From Octopus bimaculoides (lineage: Eukaryota), in NCBI RefSeq assembly GCF_001194135.2, contig NC_068986.1, positions 30,736,451 to 30,800,450 of the forward strand: a DNA stretch of 64,000 nt. The letters run 5' to 3'. Both the position numbers and the translations under genes were made by a program. The notes below the pieces were generated by a model. That model was not told the DNA's origin and ran no database searches. It saw nothing but the letters and a program-made list of their open reading frames with translations. Shown here one piece after another: positions 46,701 to 62,100 of this stretch. Position 1 is the stretch's first letter; every line of letters starts with the position of its first letter.

Positions 46701-49369
46701 TTGTCACTAGTTTTGGGTGGTAGCCAATGAAATTAATTATTAGATTGTAGAAATACTAATTAAAGTATAATTGATATTTATAATTTGCAGTAGTGAGTAA
46801 AAATTCTCTGACCATGGGTTGTTGAAGAATCACTGAAGGCATGTATATTTATGTATTTTGAATTATTGTAAAAAGAAAAATGTAAATATTATCAGAGACC
46901 TATTTAGAAGCTTAACAGTGCTGTAGGCATTGATGACTAATTTCAGCATATTACTGGTACCTTATCAATCCTGGCTGTTGGAAAGTTACAGTGATCATTG
47001 CAGTAAGGTTTAAACTAAAGAATCTTAGTAAATGATAGTGTAGTACAATATTGAACAATTTAAAGTTTAGCGTGTAGAGGAGGTGAAACTACATTTTCAA
47101 CAGCTTACCATTTCAACTTTACCTTTCAATTTTGGTTATGTTCCAAAGTAAGAAGTTGGTCAAACACCTGTCATTTCTCTTTGCCCTTGCTATCAGTTGT
47201 TTCTAGCACGTGATGTTTAAGATTTATGTCCTGTATACGTCTTATCTAAAGATTTTATTTGAAGTGAAGTCCAATCATAGAAACTACTTTAACTGTATAA
47301 GCTCTAATGGTTTCTCAAATTAGGAACACATGTGATTTTTTTTTTCCAGGTTGAGAAACACCTTGAAAAACTTAGAAAGATACATACTATTTCCAATACC
47401 TATTAGGATTCAACATGCATGCACAATTCTGCAGATTAAACACCTTATCAGTAAATCTAATACTTAATGTAAGTTATTTGAGTAAACTAAGTGTTATCTA
47501 TTTCATTGGTTTATTGCCTTAAATGGTTCTGATTCAATAACCTACTGTTGATCAAAGTTTAAAGTATTAAGAGAATACATATTTTCTTATTAAAAGATTA
47601 TCTTAACTGATTAATTTTATAAGGTTTTTCAGTAAAGTTCTCTATTCAGTGAAGATTGTTAAAGTTTAACAATGTATTTGAATACACCTGATCAAAGTTT
47701 AAAGTTTTATGACAGTATACATTTTCTTGTAAAACATGTCTTGCATGGTCAGTTTTATAATTTGTAGCAATAGGTAAAGTTTTTTGACACAAGAGTTGTT
47801 AGATAGGCTGTTTTATATATCCATGTAATATCAAACGGTTAAATCAGCTTGCCAAATATTATCCGCTTTTGAATTATTTGTAAAGTGAAAATATAAATGT
47901 GACCTAAAACCCATTGAAGCTCAGGTAGCATGTATATTATATATAAATGTGTGTGGTGCAGGCATGCCTGTGTGGATACAGGCTTAAATTTATTACACTG
48001 TGGGCTTGGGTTTTATCTCTATATATCATCATCATCACTTCTTTTTTCCATGCTGGCATGGGTTGGATGGTTCAAGAAGAACAGACAGGCCAGAGGGCTC
48101 CACCAGGTTTTAAGTCCAGAGGGCTCCACCATGGTTTCTCAAGAAGGGGTGAGGAAGTAGGTTTCTTGCTGAAAAAGAGCTACATGACTACCCACCATCA
48201 TCATTTATCTTCTCTGTTCCATGCCAGCATGGGTTGATGGTTTAGAAGGATCTGAAGTCTGCATCATGTCCCAATGTTTACTGCTGAAAGAGGTAGGTGT
48301 GAAGCACAGCAAAATAGCAATAATGATACAGGAGACAGGGGGAGGATGAGAGAGAGATATATGGTTGCATGGGTTGTAAGAGTGTGATGGGGAGAGATAG
48401 GCAAGGAGGCACAAGTGAATGGAGATAGGGAGAAACATAGTGGTGCAAGAAAATAATTTGATGGCTTAGGAGGATAATTGATGTAAAATGTGGGCAGAGT
48501 GGACAGTATTAAGAATGACATATGGGTATCAGGTGAAACAGTTCCAGGTAGTGAGGAAGATAAGTAGTATCAGGGATGAGGTGATGAAGTTGGCAGCTTT
48601 ACTCGCATTTAATTACAGGAGCAGAATACTGCTGTCAGAAATATGATAAGTAGTTGGGACATCTTGAGGAGGAAATTGAGTGAGAGGACACAGTTATGCA
48701 CTCGTATAAACATTGTTTTTCCAAAATGTCTTACAGAGATGGATGGGTCTTCTTGACAACTGCTAATCACCCATCATTCTGGTTCTTTAAATACATGTAT
48801 GTATATATGTATCATGAGCCCTAAGGCTAATCTTGGAGATGCAATTGCACTTTTCATATTGAATGATTGTAAATTCAGTGTTTATTATAATACATTTCAG
48901 TTTCAAAATTTAATGGAATCTACAGGCAGAATTTAATTTTTTTGGTAACACCTGTATGCTAAGAAGTTTGCTTTCCAACCACATGGTTTTGGGTTCAGTC
49001 CCACTGCATGGCACCTTGGGCAAGTGTCTTCTACTATAGCTTTGGGCTGACCAAAGCTTTGTGAATGGATTTGGTAGACAGAAACTGAAAGAAGCCTGTT
49101 GTGTGTGTGTGTGTGCGTGTATATATATATATATATAAATATATATATATANNNNNNNNNNNNNNNNNNNNNNNNNNNNNNNNNNNNNNNNNNNNNGTGT
49201 GTCTGTGTTTGTCCCCCCACTATTGCTTGACAACCGATAGCGGCTCGGCAAAAGAGACTGTCAGAATAAGTACTAGGCTTACAAAGAATAAGTCCTGGGG
49301 TTGATTTGTTTGGCTAAAGGCAGTGCTCCAGCATGGCTGCAGTAAATGACTGAAACAAGTAAAAGAATA

Positions 49370-50290
49370 ATACTCATTCAATGGTTGTTTTCAATTTGTT
49401 GATTTTTGCTGGCTTTGTACAGTAAACTTTAAGTATTCCCATACAATAAGTCAAGTGGTGAGTTCCAGTGAATGTAGAGGGTATTCTACTAAACTTCTTC
49501 ATCTAATCTACTCATTTGGCAAAATTACATCATGATAGGCTTTTACATTACTATGGCTGCTTGCTTGGCAAAATTTCCATCTTGCTGGAAATAAAACTCC
49601 ATACCTTCAAAGTCCTCTTGAATGCTTGGCATGGCAGACTGTCGCAGCAAGTTCATGGCACCAGTCACACTACCACCAAAAAAATGAGGATTCAATGATA
49701 AGCTGTACCATACTGTATGTAACTCCTGGAAAATTAACATGATGTTCTTTCATAAAATGCAGATCCTCAGCTCCCCAGTAGGTGTAATTGGTGCTTAATT
49801 GAGTTATTTAATTTATATGTAGTCTCATCGTTCTGAACAACTTTAGTTGGAAAGTATGCATCTTCTACATGACTTGACAAGTACCATTTGCAAAAGTCCA
49901 CTCTTCAGTTTCGATCATCTTCATTGAGAACATGGACTATTCTTGGAATATAACTTCCCACTGACGATGCTTCAAAATACAATGGATACTTGATTTTGAA
50001 ATTCCTATTTCATGACTCTGGCAATACATTTATTAGTTTACCTCTTCCTGCTTTGTGGGACTCATTGATGCTTTGTTCTTCTGGAATGTTTCATGTGGAC
50101 ATTCTGAACTTTTTCATCTGCTTCAAACTCATCACTAATTTCAGTGATGGTAAGTCATATAAGTGGATCTGTTTGAAACAACACCCCTATCTCCTAAAAT
50201 GTCTTTGCACTTCAACTGTGTTTTCAAACTTCCAGTAACACTAAGATAAATTTCCATTGTTCATCATTTCCCTACATTATTTCTAATGGA
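49370..50290 (-). mobile_element. Degenerate Tc1/mariner-superfamily transposase relic
   Basis: The minus strand encodes ..[18 protein letters not shown].. followed by EYPLHSLEL (EYPPRSPDL-like), plus an N-terminal CYWKFENTVEVQRHF. It is frameshifted and flanked by SINE insertions. Confidence 0.75.
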
Positions 50291-50349
50291 TATCTAGAAA
50301 GAAATGAAAATGAAGTTATTTATTGAAGTGTGTGTGTATGTGTGTGGCT

Positions 50350-50567
50350 GTTGCCAGTACCATGTGACTGGCTCTCGTGCCGGTGGCACGTAAAAGCACC
50401 CACTACACTCTCGGAGTCGTTGGCGTTAGGAAGGGCATCCAGCTGTAGAAACTCTGCCAGATCAGATTGGAGCCTGGTGTAGCCATCCGGTTCACCAGTC
50501 CTCAGTCAAATCATCCAACCCATGCTAGCATGGAAAGCGGACGTTAAACGATGATGATGATGATGAT
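50350..50567 (+). mobile_element. (GAT)n-tailed retroposon family A
   Basis: Near-identical to 2160-2343 and ends in (GAT)n. Confidence 0.85.
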
Positions 50568-53500
50568 ATAATATATAAAACCAATATTGAACACACATAC
50601 ACAAGGTATGTGTTTTGCCAGTTTGTGGGCAGACCATGATTTATAGGCATGAGAGAAAACTTTTTCATGAATACACCTGATGTAAAAACACCTAGAAGTC
50701 ATGGACAAGTGAGATAATTCACACCAGGTCTCATAGCATGGGTAGTAGACTTTTGTATTTCATCATCTTCCTGACTTATCAATACCACTACCCAAAATGA
50801 GGTCAGATGTAAGCTAAATCACTTACTTTGAATTGGTAGCTATTGCTTGCAACCACATACTAGTTCTATAGTATACACTACAGTTTTTTGTCGTCTATGA
50901 CATCACCATAACACCAGAGATAATAATAATGTTATTTGATCCTTGTTCTACAAAAGCAAGAATTGGGATCTTTTAGATATATAAACATATACATATACAC
51001 ATATATTACATACTTGGGTATTATATATTATGAATGTTTAAATATAGCTGCACTAAGAAAAGGTCATCCTCTAGAAATTACCCAAATCGGTGAATGTGCT
51101 CTTGAAAATACAATGACTAATAATTCATAGCTGACACAGAGCTTATAAGAGCAGTGGATATGAATAGTGCTCAGTTTCAATTCGTCAGTCTGACTCAGTT
51201 TTTCTTGATATTGTGTTTGATAAAACAATTCAATGTTATTTTGTAATCATAAATTACATCAAGTATATCTTTTCCATGTAAAATCTCTTTAATATGCCTG
51301 TGTAAGAATTCTTTAATAATTCAGAGGTGATTGGAGTGACAATAATGTTAAAGTCTCAGACTAAATTACATACTAGTGTTTAGTTATAATAGGTATTATA
51401 AACACTAGTTTCAGAGAAAGAACAAAACCATGAATGTCACTGAGCCTGTTGCTTTATTCCATCACAAATTAGTGTTTATCATACCTAAGACCTTAACAGC
51501 TAATAGATATTTAGTTACATTTAGTCATGTTCTGAGTTAAAATCCTTTTGAATCACTTTTACTTTTCATCCCTCCAGTGTCAATGAAATAAATGCCAATA
51601 CTTATACTACGAGATTGATGCATTCCAATATATTTTTACCTTACAAAATGTGTGCCAATTTAAGAAATCATTATGTATTAATTCAGAAAAGAGGGATAAA
51701 AGAAAAATAGTCCTCAATCTTTGACGTTAGATTGAAGCTAGTGGTATGTTCTTTGGCATGTTAATGAAATAATGAGCTACTTCAAGTGCAATTTGCTGTT
51801 GGTATTTAGCATTCTATTTCTATTTTTGAAATATAGAATTAAAATGATTAGAGTGCCAGCTGCTGGTCAAGTGAATAGGGTATTATGTAACCAGTTGAAA
51901 TGCTTGTGGTTCATATCATTTGTGAACAGTTGTAGAATTGAGAAGTTTGCTTTACAACTCAATTGTATTCACTAAGTTCCATTGTGCAGCATCTTGAGAA
52001 AAAGCCCACTACATTAACCTTAAGTCAATGAAAGCCTTGTGAATGAAATTTTGGTGGATGTAAACTTTGTAGAAGCTCACTGAAGGGGCCATTCCTGTTT
52101 TTGGGTGGTAGACTTAATCCTGGTTCTTGGGCACCTTTATCAGAGCAAACTCTGTTGCAAACATTCAGGTCAGGTCTCCAGTTGGAATAACTTGGTCCCT
52201 TCCTGCCACTGGGTCTAGGAAGTTCTGAAAAGAGTTCTGGTTATTATCCTTCTTCTGATGACTGGGCAGTAAAAATAAATATGTAGCTAGCGAAAGCATT
52301 TTACTTGCGTTGCTGTAGTTGAACTAGCCGTAAATAGATACATGTAGTAAATATAGTTTGCTGGCGGAAGCAGTGAAAGAAGTGCATAAGTAATGCTTGA
52401 TTGGTTAGCTGGCAGTTCATCTCTTCCTGTCTGTCTATAGAGTTAAGCACTGGCTGACTGATATGCCTTTGATATTTCATATGGAGATGAAATCTTCACT
52501 GATGTCCCACTTATCTAATGAGTCATAGAACTTGTCATTGTCCAGTTCATTATGATATTAGATATAGGTTTAAATTCATAGCTGTTTCCCCAATAAGGTG
52601 AACTATCGACCTTACAGTATAATACTAGTTCCTCTCGTGATCATATTTCCATTAAAACTTGTTTTACTTTTTTGCATTTGTAACAAGTAACTTAACTTAA
52701 TCTTAATATACCAACACTTCTGTATTTTAGTATACTAATACTTTTTTTATGGTGATGAATTAGCAAATTTATTAAAATGTTGGATAGAATGCCTTGCAAT
52801 ATTTTCAACTGAGTTAAAATCTCCTAAGGTTAACTTTGTAGACACCCTTTCAGGGTCAACAGAAAAACAAAAATACCAATCTTGAGTGATGGATTGTAAG
52901 AACTGTTCAAGGATTGGACAGAGGTGCCTTGTTCTTTCTGGTTCTTTGTGATCTGACAGCAATGGCTATAAGTCTTTAACCTTGTCATTAGACAACATTG
53001 GTGCTATGGACAGGGTGAAGTTGTATACATGAGCAGCTACTAGTCTTCCACAAAAGAAATCTTGCCTAAGTCTATACATTCAGGTCCAGAAACATGGCCA
53101 ATTCTGTTAAACAGAGAGAGGCCTTATAGTATTTAAAAAAATTCTTTTCCCTGTATATGAAAGGTAACGTCAGCCATGATAGGGTTTGAATTCAGTTTAT
53201 TAAATATCATAAAGCCATAACCTAGTCCTTTCTTTACAATTCCCTCTGATCAATAGCAATATTTAATATAAAAGCAGTTACTTAAAAAAAAATTATCCTG
53301 ATTCTTGCTTTTGTAGAACAAGGATAAAATAATAATGTTGTTATCTCTAGTGTTATGGTGATGTCATAGATGATAGAGAACTGCAGTGTATACTATGGAA
53401 CTTTTATGTGGTTGCTCAGCTTGCGAGCAATAGCTCCCAATTCTCTCTCAAATCACACCCATCTTCAAAAAGGAAGAATGCACAAGACAATGTTATTCTA

Positions 53501-55377
53501 GATATACACAGCTGGAACACTTTTCATTATAGACCCTGTTTAATCCCAAGGGGAAATGACAACATTACAGTTAGATCCTCACACATTTGTGCTAAAATCA
53601 TACAGTGAGGGATTTTTATTTTAATAATAATTGTATGCTGAGTCCAACTCAGTAGCTTATTCATCCAGTGGAATAATTTCATTTGTGAAACGTATATGCT
53701 TGTTAAAAAAGTAATATTGCTATCTACCCAGCTTAACTTCTGTACTTGTTACAAGACTGAAATGCTATAAAGCTGACCTCGCTGTTGATTTGAACTTATT
53801 GATAAGATAATGTTCTATGGATGAAAGCCTTTTTTTTTTTTTTTTTTCAAAAAGAGAAAAGCTAGCTTACATTCAGGAATTAGTGTTTTTTTTTGTATTT
53901 TAATGTTTAGACATATTAAATTCTGATTTTGAAATGAAGTATAAAATAGTAGAAAAATTATGGTATTAATATCTGTGAAAGAGATTAGTTACCACTTAAC
54001 ATTTCAGAAGTTAATTTTGTTAATTTCTGTTTCTAAGTTGGGTAGTAATCTTGTTTCTAATATTGTGTGACTAATGTATCAAAAATGAAATTAGTCTATA
54101 TTAATATCAATTGTGCTGTTTGAGTTAGGTTTTTACGAATTCAGAGCTTTCTCTTTTACTTGAAGATTCGTTTTGTAATTCACTACTATGTTTTTTGTTT
54201 TTGATAACTAGTTAAATTCTATGTCTATTGTCTCTCATCTAAAAGGTTTGTTCTATCTTTACTTTCCATAGATTTAAGCAGCAGATAAACAAGCCTTTAT
54301 GGTTTGTTTGCTTGCTTGTTGTTTAATTTACATATATTTTTTTTCCATCAAGGTAAATTACAGTACTTTGTTAAACAATACTTTACAATAGATAAACATG
54401 AACCCGTATTACAGATGTGTTACTTATGGTGTTAAATGTAAACATCTAATCCATTGTCACTAAATAATATTGGCTATTTTCAGTGTGTCTTTCAATTAGA
54501 TCTCCAAATTACTCTAGGATCAGTTATTGAAATATTGGTTAATATAAGATACATTAATAAAATGAATATGAAATTGGCTACTTTTGGAGTGTTGGAATAA
54601 CAAAACAATGTTGAACAAAATATTGTGTAGTATTTATGTCAACTTTACCATGAGAGTTCAAACCCTTCTTTGCTTAACTTTGTCTCATTCTTCCTGAGTT
54701 AATAAAATTCACTCTTGTATTGGGGTTGATTGATCTGGCAATATTCTTCCCTTATAATTTGTGTCCATCTGACAGTGGGATTAACTTAGAATAAAAGATT
54801 GTCTGGCTACTACTGCTCAGTAATTAGCTACTGATGTATGGATTATTGTTGAATAGTTTTACTTAGAGCTGAGTTGATCTGCTCCAATGAACTGCTGACA
54901 TTTTTTTGGTGATTGCTTGGTAGAGATCTTTATCTCCAACAGCAGAGTTGTAAAACATAATTTCGAGAAGATGGGTAACTTATGAACGTGCTGTACAGAT
55001 ATGAAAATGATACTGTAATGCTTCAGCTAGAGTTATATTAATGTCTACTTTATTTTAAAATAGGTAGACTGGTTAACATGGTGTAATCATTGCAAAAGAA
55101 TGACTGGCAAAGAGCTTGTAAACTTATATTAAACAAGAGAGAGATTTCTTACATAGGCATGTGAGCTTGATGCTTCGGTGTTTGAGAGGTGGTGGTTGGT
55201 GGGTGGCAATGGGAAGTTGCTTCATTTATGCCTACTTCATGTGTATTAACTAAGTAGTTGGTTTAAGCTAAAAACTGAAAATGTTTTACACATTCAGTCT
55301 GCCATAAGTTCTTGTTTGTAACTGAACTGGAAAAAATCGAGGTGTGTGTGGGCGTGTGCGTGCGCGTGCGCGTGCGT

Positions 55378-55420
<43 letters not shown>

Positions 55421-55856
55421 NNNNNNNNNNNNNNNNNNNNNNNNNNNNNNNNNNNNNNNNNNNNNNNNNNNNNNNNNNNNNNNNNNNNNNNNNNNNNNNN
55501 NNNNNNNNNNNNNNNNNNNNNNNNNNNNNNNNNNNNNNNNNNNNNNNNNNNNNNNNNNNNNNNNNNNNNNNNNNNNNNNNNNNNNNNNNNNNNNNNNNNN
55601 NNNNNNNNNNNNNNNNNNNNNNNNNNNNNNNNNNNNNNNNNNNNNNNNNNNNNNNNNNNNNNNNNNNNNNNNNNNNNNNNNNNNNNNNNNNNNNNNNNNN
55701 NNNNNNNNNNNNNNNNNNNNNNNNNNNNNNNNNNNNNNNNNNNNNNNNNNNNNNNNNNNNNNNNNNNNNNNNNNNNNNNNNNNNNNNNNNNNNNNNNNNN
55801 NNNNNNNNATTCACACATACAAACTTGCATGCACATACATATAAGATGCACACACA

Positions 55857-56085
55857 AGGCGGCGAGCTGGCAGAAACGTTAGCATGCCGAGCAAAATGCT
55901 TAGCGGTATTTCGTCTGCCGCAACGTTCTGAGTTCAAATTCTGCCGAGGTCGACTTTGCCTTTCCTCCTTTCGGGGTCGATTAAATAAGTACTAGTTACG
56001 CACTGGGGTCAATATAATCGACTTAATCCGTTTGTCTGTCTTTGTTTGTCCCCTCTGTGTGTAGCCCCTTGTGGGTAAAGAAATA
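55857..56085 (+). mobile_element. tRNA-derived SINE with a Meta-domain-like core (family C)
   Basis: Head ggcggcgagctggcagaaacgttagc..gagttcaaattc, core gaggtcgactttgcctttc.tcctttcggggtcga..aagtac. Tandem copies at 13935-14345, partials at 14415-14600, 16320-16410, 38560-38700 (-) and 59170-59340. Confidence 0.8.
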
Positions 56086-57270
56086 ACACCTATAAGATGG
56101 AGTGGTGATATTAAGGACATGGTAGAGTGGACCCTGGCAGAGTATAAGGCTGCTGTATGAGACCTCAAGAACACAGTGAAGAATGGTTGGTGTGTTTGAG
56201 CTCTCTCCCTTTGACTCTCATCTATGAGGTTGTTTATTAATTTAGTTTTTATTGATATTAAGAACAAATAAGTGTTCTCATATAAATCTAAATTGCCAGT
56301 CAGACCTTAGAATATTGGATCTTGTTACTGAGATAACAAAATATCGAGATGTTGTGTAATATATGAGACTGGACTGTGTAATGTATGCCAACAGAGTTGG
56401 GGAAAAATGGACATTAAAATGGTGATGAGGAGGAAGAGTTACACATGAGTAAATTTGAAATTAGTTTTTATTGTAATAAAGATTTTTGTTTGGCATCTGA
56501 ATAAATGGGTTACAAGATTTCTTTTCAATGTAAAAAGAAAAAAAAAAAGTGACTTAAAATTATGAGGTTTTCTTTTTCTCATTGCAAATCGAGTTTTAAT
56601 GTAAAATTTAGGTGTTATTCATTTTGTTTAATAATAAAAAAAGATGTATTGGCATATTGTATATATGTGTTCTGAACTGAGGCAAAAGAGGAGAAATAAT
56701 TAAAACAGTATACTTAAATGTTGAAGTAGTAATTTTAGGACTAAGTTTTGCACACGTGTACCTTGACTTCTTTATATACTAATGGGTATATTTATATACC
56801 CATTAGGTATATAAATATACCTAATAGAGTGGGCAGTATGAGGTATGTGCATTTAAGTATATCCAAAGCAGTCGGTATTGTATATTTAACATTGTAAACA
56901 ACACCACATCCAAATGAACCAGTGAAGGAGCCTCTACATAGTTGCTTACCTTGCTAGAAATAGCTGCCAGATTCCTGAATATCATATACTACCATTTCAA
57001 AAATAGGAAGAATTGTAGTCTTAGTTAAAAAAAAAAACAAAGACAGGGTGGTTATAATTGTATTGCCTTTGATCGTAAGGCTGCTTGATCAGTACAGGTG
57101 TGAAACTGAACACCATCACCACCACTACATCCAGATTATATTTCAATTATACCCAATTTTTGCAGCTTTGTATCAGATGTAAAGGGTAAGCATCCATATG
57201 CTGACAGCAAAAAAATATTTCTCAGGTGCATAACAATTAAGTTTTCACATGCCCACAATAAATATATATA

Positions 57271-57433
57271 GGTGCAGGAGTGGCTGTGTGGTAAGTAGCT
57301 TGCTTACCAACCACATGGTCCCGGGTTCAATCCCACTGTGTGGCATCTTGGGCAAATGTCTTCTACTATAGCCTCGGGCCGACTAAAGCCTTGTGAGTGG
57401 ATTTGGTAGACGGAAACTGAAAGAAGCCCGTCG

Positions 57434-57479
<46 letters not shown>

Positions 57480-57667
57480 ATTGTGTGTCTGTGTTTGTCC
57501 CCTTAGCATTGCTTGACAACCAAGAGTGATGTGTTTACGTCCCCGTAACTTAGCGGTTCGGCAAAAGAGACCGATAGAATAAGTCCTGGGGTCGATTTGC
57601 TCGACTAAAGGCGGTGCTCCAGCATGGCTGCAGTCAAATGACTGAAACAAGTAAAAGAGTAAAGAGA
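57271..57667 (+). mobile_element. tRNA-derived SINE (family B, internal (TA)n/(TG)n), full length
   Basis: A-box TGGCTGTGTGG, B-box GGTTCAATCC, body ttgggcaaatgtcttctactatagc..gaaactgaaagaagcc, tail gactgaaacaagtaaaaga. Other copies: 3255-3550/4782-4995 (+), 6260-6420, 7208-7530 (-), 8851-9010 (-), 10806-11201 (-), 16682-17040 (+), 23082-23455 (-), 48945-49368 (+), 61602-61810 (-). Confidence 0.85.
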
Positions 57668-59066
57668 GTATATATTTAGATATATATATAAATAAAAACC
57701 TCATCAGTAGGGTCATCTAGGACATTGAAGATTGATGTGAGTGGAATGAAAAGAACCAAACAAAGACTCTACCAGCATCATCAATAGCTTTTCCTTCAAT
57801 TTGTCTTTACTGTTGACCTACTTTTCTTGGGTGCCTGACACTTAGTCCTGATACATTGATCTCTATTATTCCCATGCACTTATATCACAACTGTAACTAA
57901 CTAATTACACCTCACTCACTTCTATCTACTGACAAAAGTTAATACCTCTCTCTCTGCAAATATGGGAAATAGAAAAAATAAAATGGATACTTATTGAGAT
58001 CTTAGCTATGAAGACATATCAGTTGTGCTGTAACTAAGCTGCCATTTATATTTTAATTATATATAAACTGTCCAATGACAGCTCCTTGTGTATATCAAGA
58101 ATTACATGATAAAAAATAGATATTGCTTTCACAATGCAAGTTTACAGTTGCTGAATATATAACAGCATGATGTATGAAAAGAACAAACAAAAACATAAAC
58201 AGTAAACAACCGAACAGAAGCCAATGGTTTGATTGTAAATTTCATTTCAGAATATAACTTATATATATATATATATATNNNNNNNNNNNNNNNNNNNNNN
58301 NNNNNNNNNNNNNNNNNNNNNNNNNNNNNNNNNNNNNNNNNNNNNNNNNNNNNNNNNNNNNNNNNNNNNNNNNNNNNNNNNNNNNNNNNNNNNNNNNNNN
58401 NNNNNNNNNNNNNNNNNNNNNNNNNNNNNNNNNNNNNNNNNNNNNNNNNNNNNNNNNNNNNNNNNNNNNNNNNNNNNNNNNNNNNNNNNNNNNNNNNNNN
58501 NNNNNNNNNNNNNNNNNNNNNNNNNNNNNNNNNNNNNNNNNNNNNNNNNNNNNNNNNNNNNNNNNNNNNNNNNNNNNNNNNNNNNNNNNNNNNNNNNNNN
58601 NNNNNNNNNNNNNNNNNNNNNNNNNNNNNNNNNNNNNNNNNNNNNNNNNNNNNNNNNNNNNNNNNNNNNNNNNNNNNNNNNNNNNNNNNNNNNNNNNNNN
58701 NNNNNNNNNNNNNNNNNNNNNNNNNNNNNNNNNNNNNNNNNNNNNNNNNNNNNNNNNNNNNNNNNNNNNNNNNNNNNNNNNNNNNNNNNNNNNNNNNNNN
58801 NNNNNNNNNNNNNNNNNNNNNNNNNNNNNNNNNNNNNNNNNNNNNNNNNNNNNNNNNNNNNNNNNNNNNNNNNNNNNNNNNNNNNNNNNNNNNNNNNNNN
58901 NNNNNNNNNNNNNNNNNNNNNNNNNNNNNNNNNNNNNNNNNNNNNNNNNNNNNNNNNNNNNNNNNNNNNNNNNNNNNNNNNNNNNNNNNNNNNNNNNNNN
59001 NNNNNNNNNNNNNNNNNNNNNNNNNNNNNNNNNNNNNNNNNNNNNATGCTAATCCCTGTATATTTA

Positions 59067-59108
<42 letters not shown>

Positions 59109-62100
59109 ATATATACTTGTTAGCTGCTGCATCATCTGCTTGATATTAAGGCTATGGGATTAGTTACATCATTAGAGCATTGGACAAAATGCTTTGCCTT
59201 TTGGTATTTCTTCTGGTCCTTTATATTCTAAGTTCAGATCTTGCTGCGGTTGGTGCTGCTTTTCATCTCTCTGGTACCAATGACATAAATTACCAGTCAA
59301 GTGCTGGGTTAGTGGCATTGATCAATTCCCTTTCCATAAAAATCCTGCACTTGTGCCAAAATTTGAAATCATCATTATCATCATCATCATCAATGTTGCA
59401 ATTAAAGTTCATTGCCAAAAGCAAATGGAACTTATCACTATTTTGTCCAATAAATATATGCAATAAAACAAAAAAAACAAAAAAACAGTATTTGCTTTGA
59501 AGCACGAACAGAAAGCAATGATGCTTCAATGGCAGTGTAACAGTGGATCTGATAAAAAGCTGTTGATCTTAATGGTTCATAGTTGCAACTATTTTTCCAT
59601 ATGTCGATTAAAAGCCTAGCAGGAATTGCCAGATTGGAGAAAATAGATTTTTATAGATCTGAGAGAAGAGACAGAATAATTTAATGAGTTAAGAGATGAA
59701 GCCATATTTTGTCTTTTGAAGAAAATATTTGTTTAGCACACAAAATATTCTCTGTGTGATTATTTCTTTTAAAGATCAATTTACTCTTAACCCCGAGGAA
59801 AAAGAGTGTTGAATTTATAAAGAATTATGAGCATATATACCTGAATATAGGATTTCCTAGGAAGGAAAACTGTCAATATTATCATAATTTTATATCTTAT
59901 CATTCAGAAATTTTGAACATTTTCCATTTGAAACTGTGTTCAAATTTTGAAGAAATTACCTAAAATAGTTGTAGACAACAATCCTTTTGAATTTAAGTAC
60001 AAAGAGAGGAAAATCAGACACAGAATTTGTGTATCCAACTCAGCTGACTGTCTTTATTTACTTGGCCTTCAATGTAGAAAGCTAATTCCTATATGTTATG
60101 GAGATTTTGGTAATTCTGAGTTTAAAATTATTCAAAAGACAAATGCATGTAAGGTTTTTTTGGGGGGATTGGTGTAGGATGACCAACTTAAAGGGGTTGA
60201 AAATTAACTGCAAAATGTTGACTATTATGCTGGGTTAAATACTAAAGAACAGATTCCACTATTCTGATGTGGGAAAGTAGAGTAGTCAGACATGAAGATT
60301 TTTGAGACTATTATTGAAATAATGTCTGTTCAAACAAGATTTTAGTTTTTTCAATTGATTGAAGAATTAAGAAAAAAATAGAGGTGGGAAGTTTTTAGGC
60401 TCATCATATTGCGTATTGCATAACTTTTGAACTTAAACTATTATAGATTTTGTAAAAATATTTCTGGTTTTGATTTATCTGTATAACTTTGAGAATTTTA
60501 ATTAGATATTCATTTGATAAAATATATGATCATAATGGTTTTAATGTTAAAATTCAGAGTGGCAAAAAATCGTAGTTGTTTGTATGTCAGATCTCAGTGT
60601 TTACTATTTTGTTTGGAGAGATAGATTCCACTGTGATGCTTAAATGTTGGTTATATCAGTGAAAGACTATACAGCTGACATGTACTATAAACTTGACACA
60701 TTTTGCCCATGACACCTCAAATTGATATGTAGTTGTGAAGGTCACAAGTCTAGGAGAGGACTTAACTCATTGTTAGTTACATCATGAACACACTTGTCCA
60801 TGTTTGTCCTAACAGTAGATCATAATGAGAACAAATTGTAAAACTCCGAGCTGAAAACTCTTATATAATGTGATGTAAGAAAGTAGGATTTTATAAAAGT
60901 CATTTTGCAGGCCTTTTATAAACATGTTTGCATGATGGCAAACTGGTAGTCATTAGAGAGTGAAAACCTTGTGGTATTTGTTTAGACTCTCTGCTCAGAT
61001 TTGCCTTTCATTCTTTAGAGCTCAATAAAAAATAGTTATCAGTCCAGAGCAGTGGCTTGACAGAACTGTAACTGTGTTGGACCAGGTGTCTTGTTGTATT
61101 TGTTCTAGCTCTTAGCATTCTGAGTTCATTCCCCCCCCCCCATGACTTACTAGGGTATTACACTTAGTCCATCACCCAGTTTAAGGCCACAATCTGGCAC
61201 TTTCAGTACCTTTAGTGGAGTCTACTTTGTTGCAAGCCATCGGACTAGGTTTTTATCTTGAGGATAACCTACCACCACTTCTACAAGTCTCTGGGGCAAT
61301 GTAAAAAGAAGTGGGCACTGTATTGCCACCTAATTCTTTTATTCTTTTACTAGTTTGTCATTTGACTNNNNNNNNNNNNNNNNNNNNNNNNNNNNNNNNN
61401 NNNNNNNNNNNNNNNNNNNNNNNNNNNNNNNNNNNNNNNNNNNNNNNNNNNNNNNNNNNNNNNNNNNNNNNNNNNNNNNNNNNNNNNNNNNNNNNNNNNN
61501 NNNNNNNNNNNNNNNNNNNNNNNNNNNNNNNNNNNNNNNNNNNNNNNNNNNNNNNNNNNNNNNNNNNNNNNNNNNNNNNNNNNNNNNNNNNNNNNNNNNN
61601 NGGGGGGGACAAACACACAAACACATCTATCTATATATATACATACATACATACAAAGGGCTTCTTTCAGGTTCCATCTACCAAATCAATTCACAAGGCT
61701 TTGGTTAACTGAGGGTTATGATAGAAGACACTTGCTGAAGGTGCCATGCAGTGGGACTGAACCCGGAACCATGTGGTTGGGAAGCAAGCTTCATACCACG
61801 CCTGTGCCTACTTTTCACCTAAGTGAAAGATATACAGGAAAATTAAAGAAAAATGAAGGCCATTGATAATGATGAATGTTTAAATTTGTAGCAAATGAAG
61901 AAGCATTAACTTTTCATTTTATTTGGATTAATTTTCGTGTTTATTTTTGTGTGATTAATTCCTGAAACTGGGAAATTCTTGTTTAGATTAACTTTCATGT
62001 TATATATTTTGTATGATTACTGTCTAAAACTGGGAATTCTTTTATTTTCTAAGAGTATGTCAGACTTTTTTTATCCAGTTATAGATTACAAAATATGTAA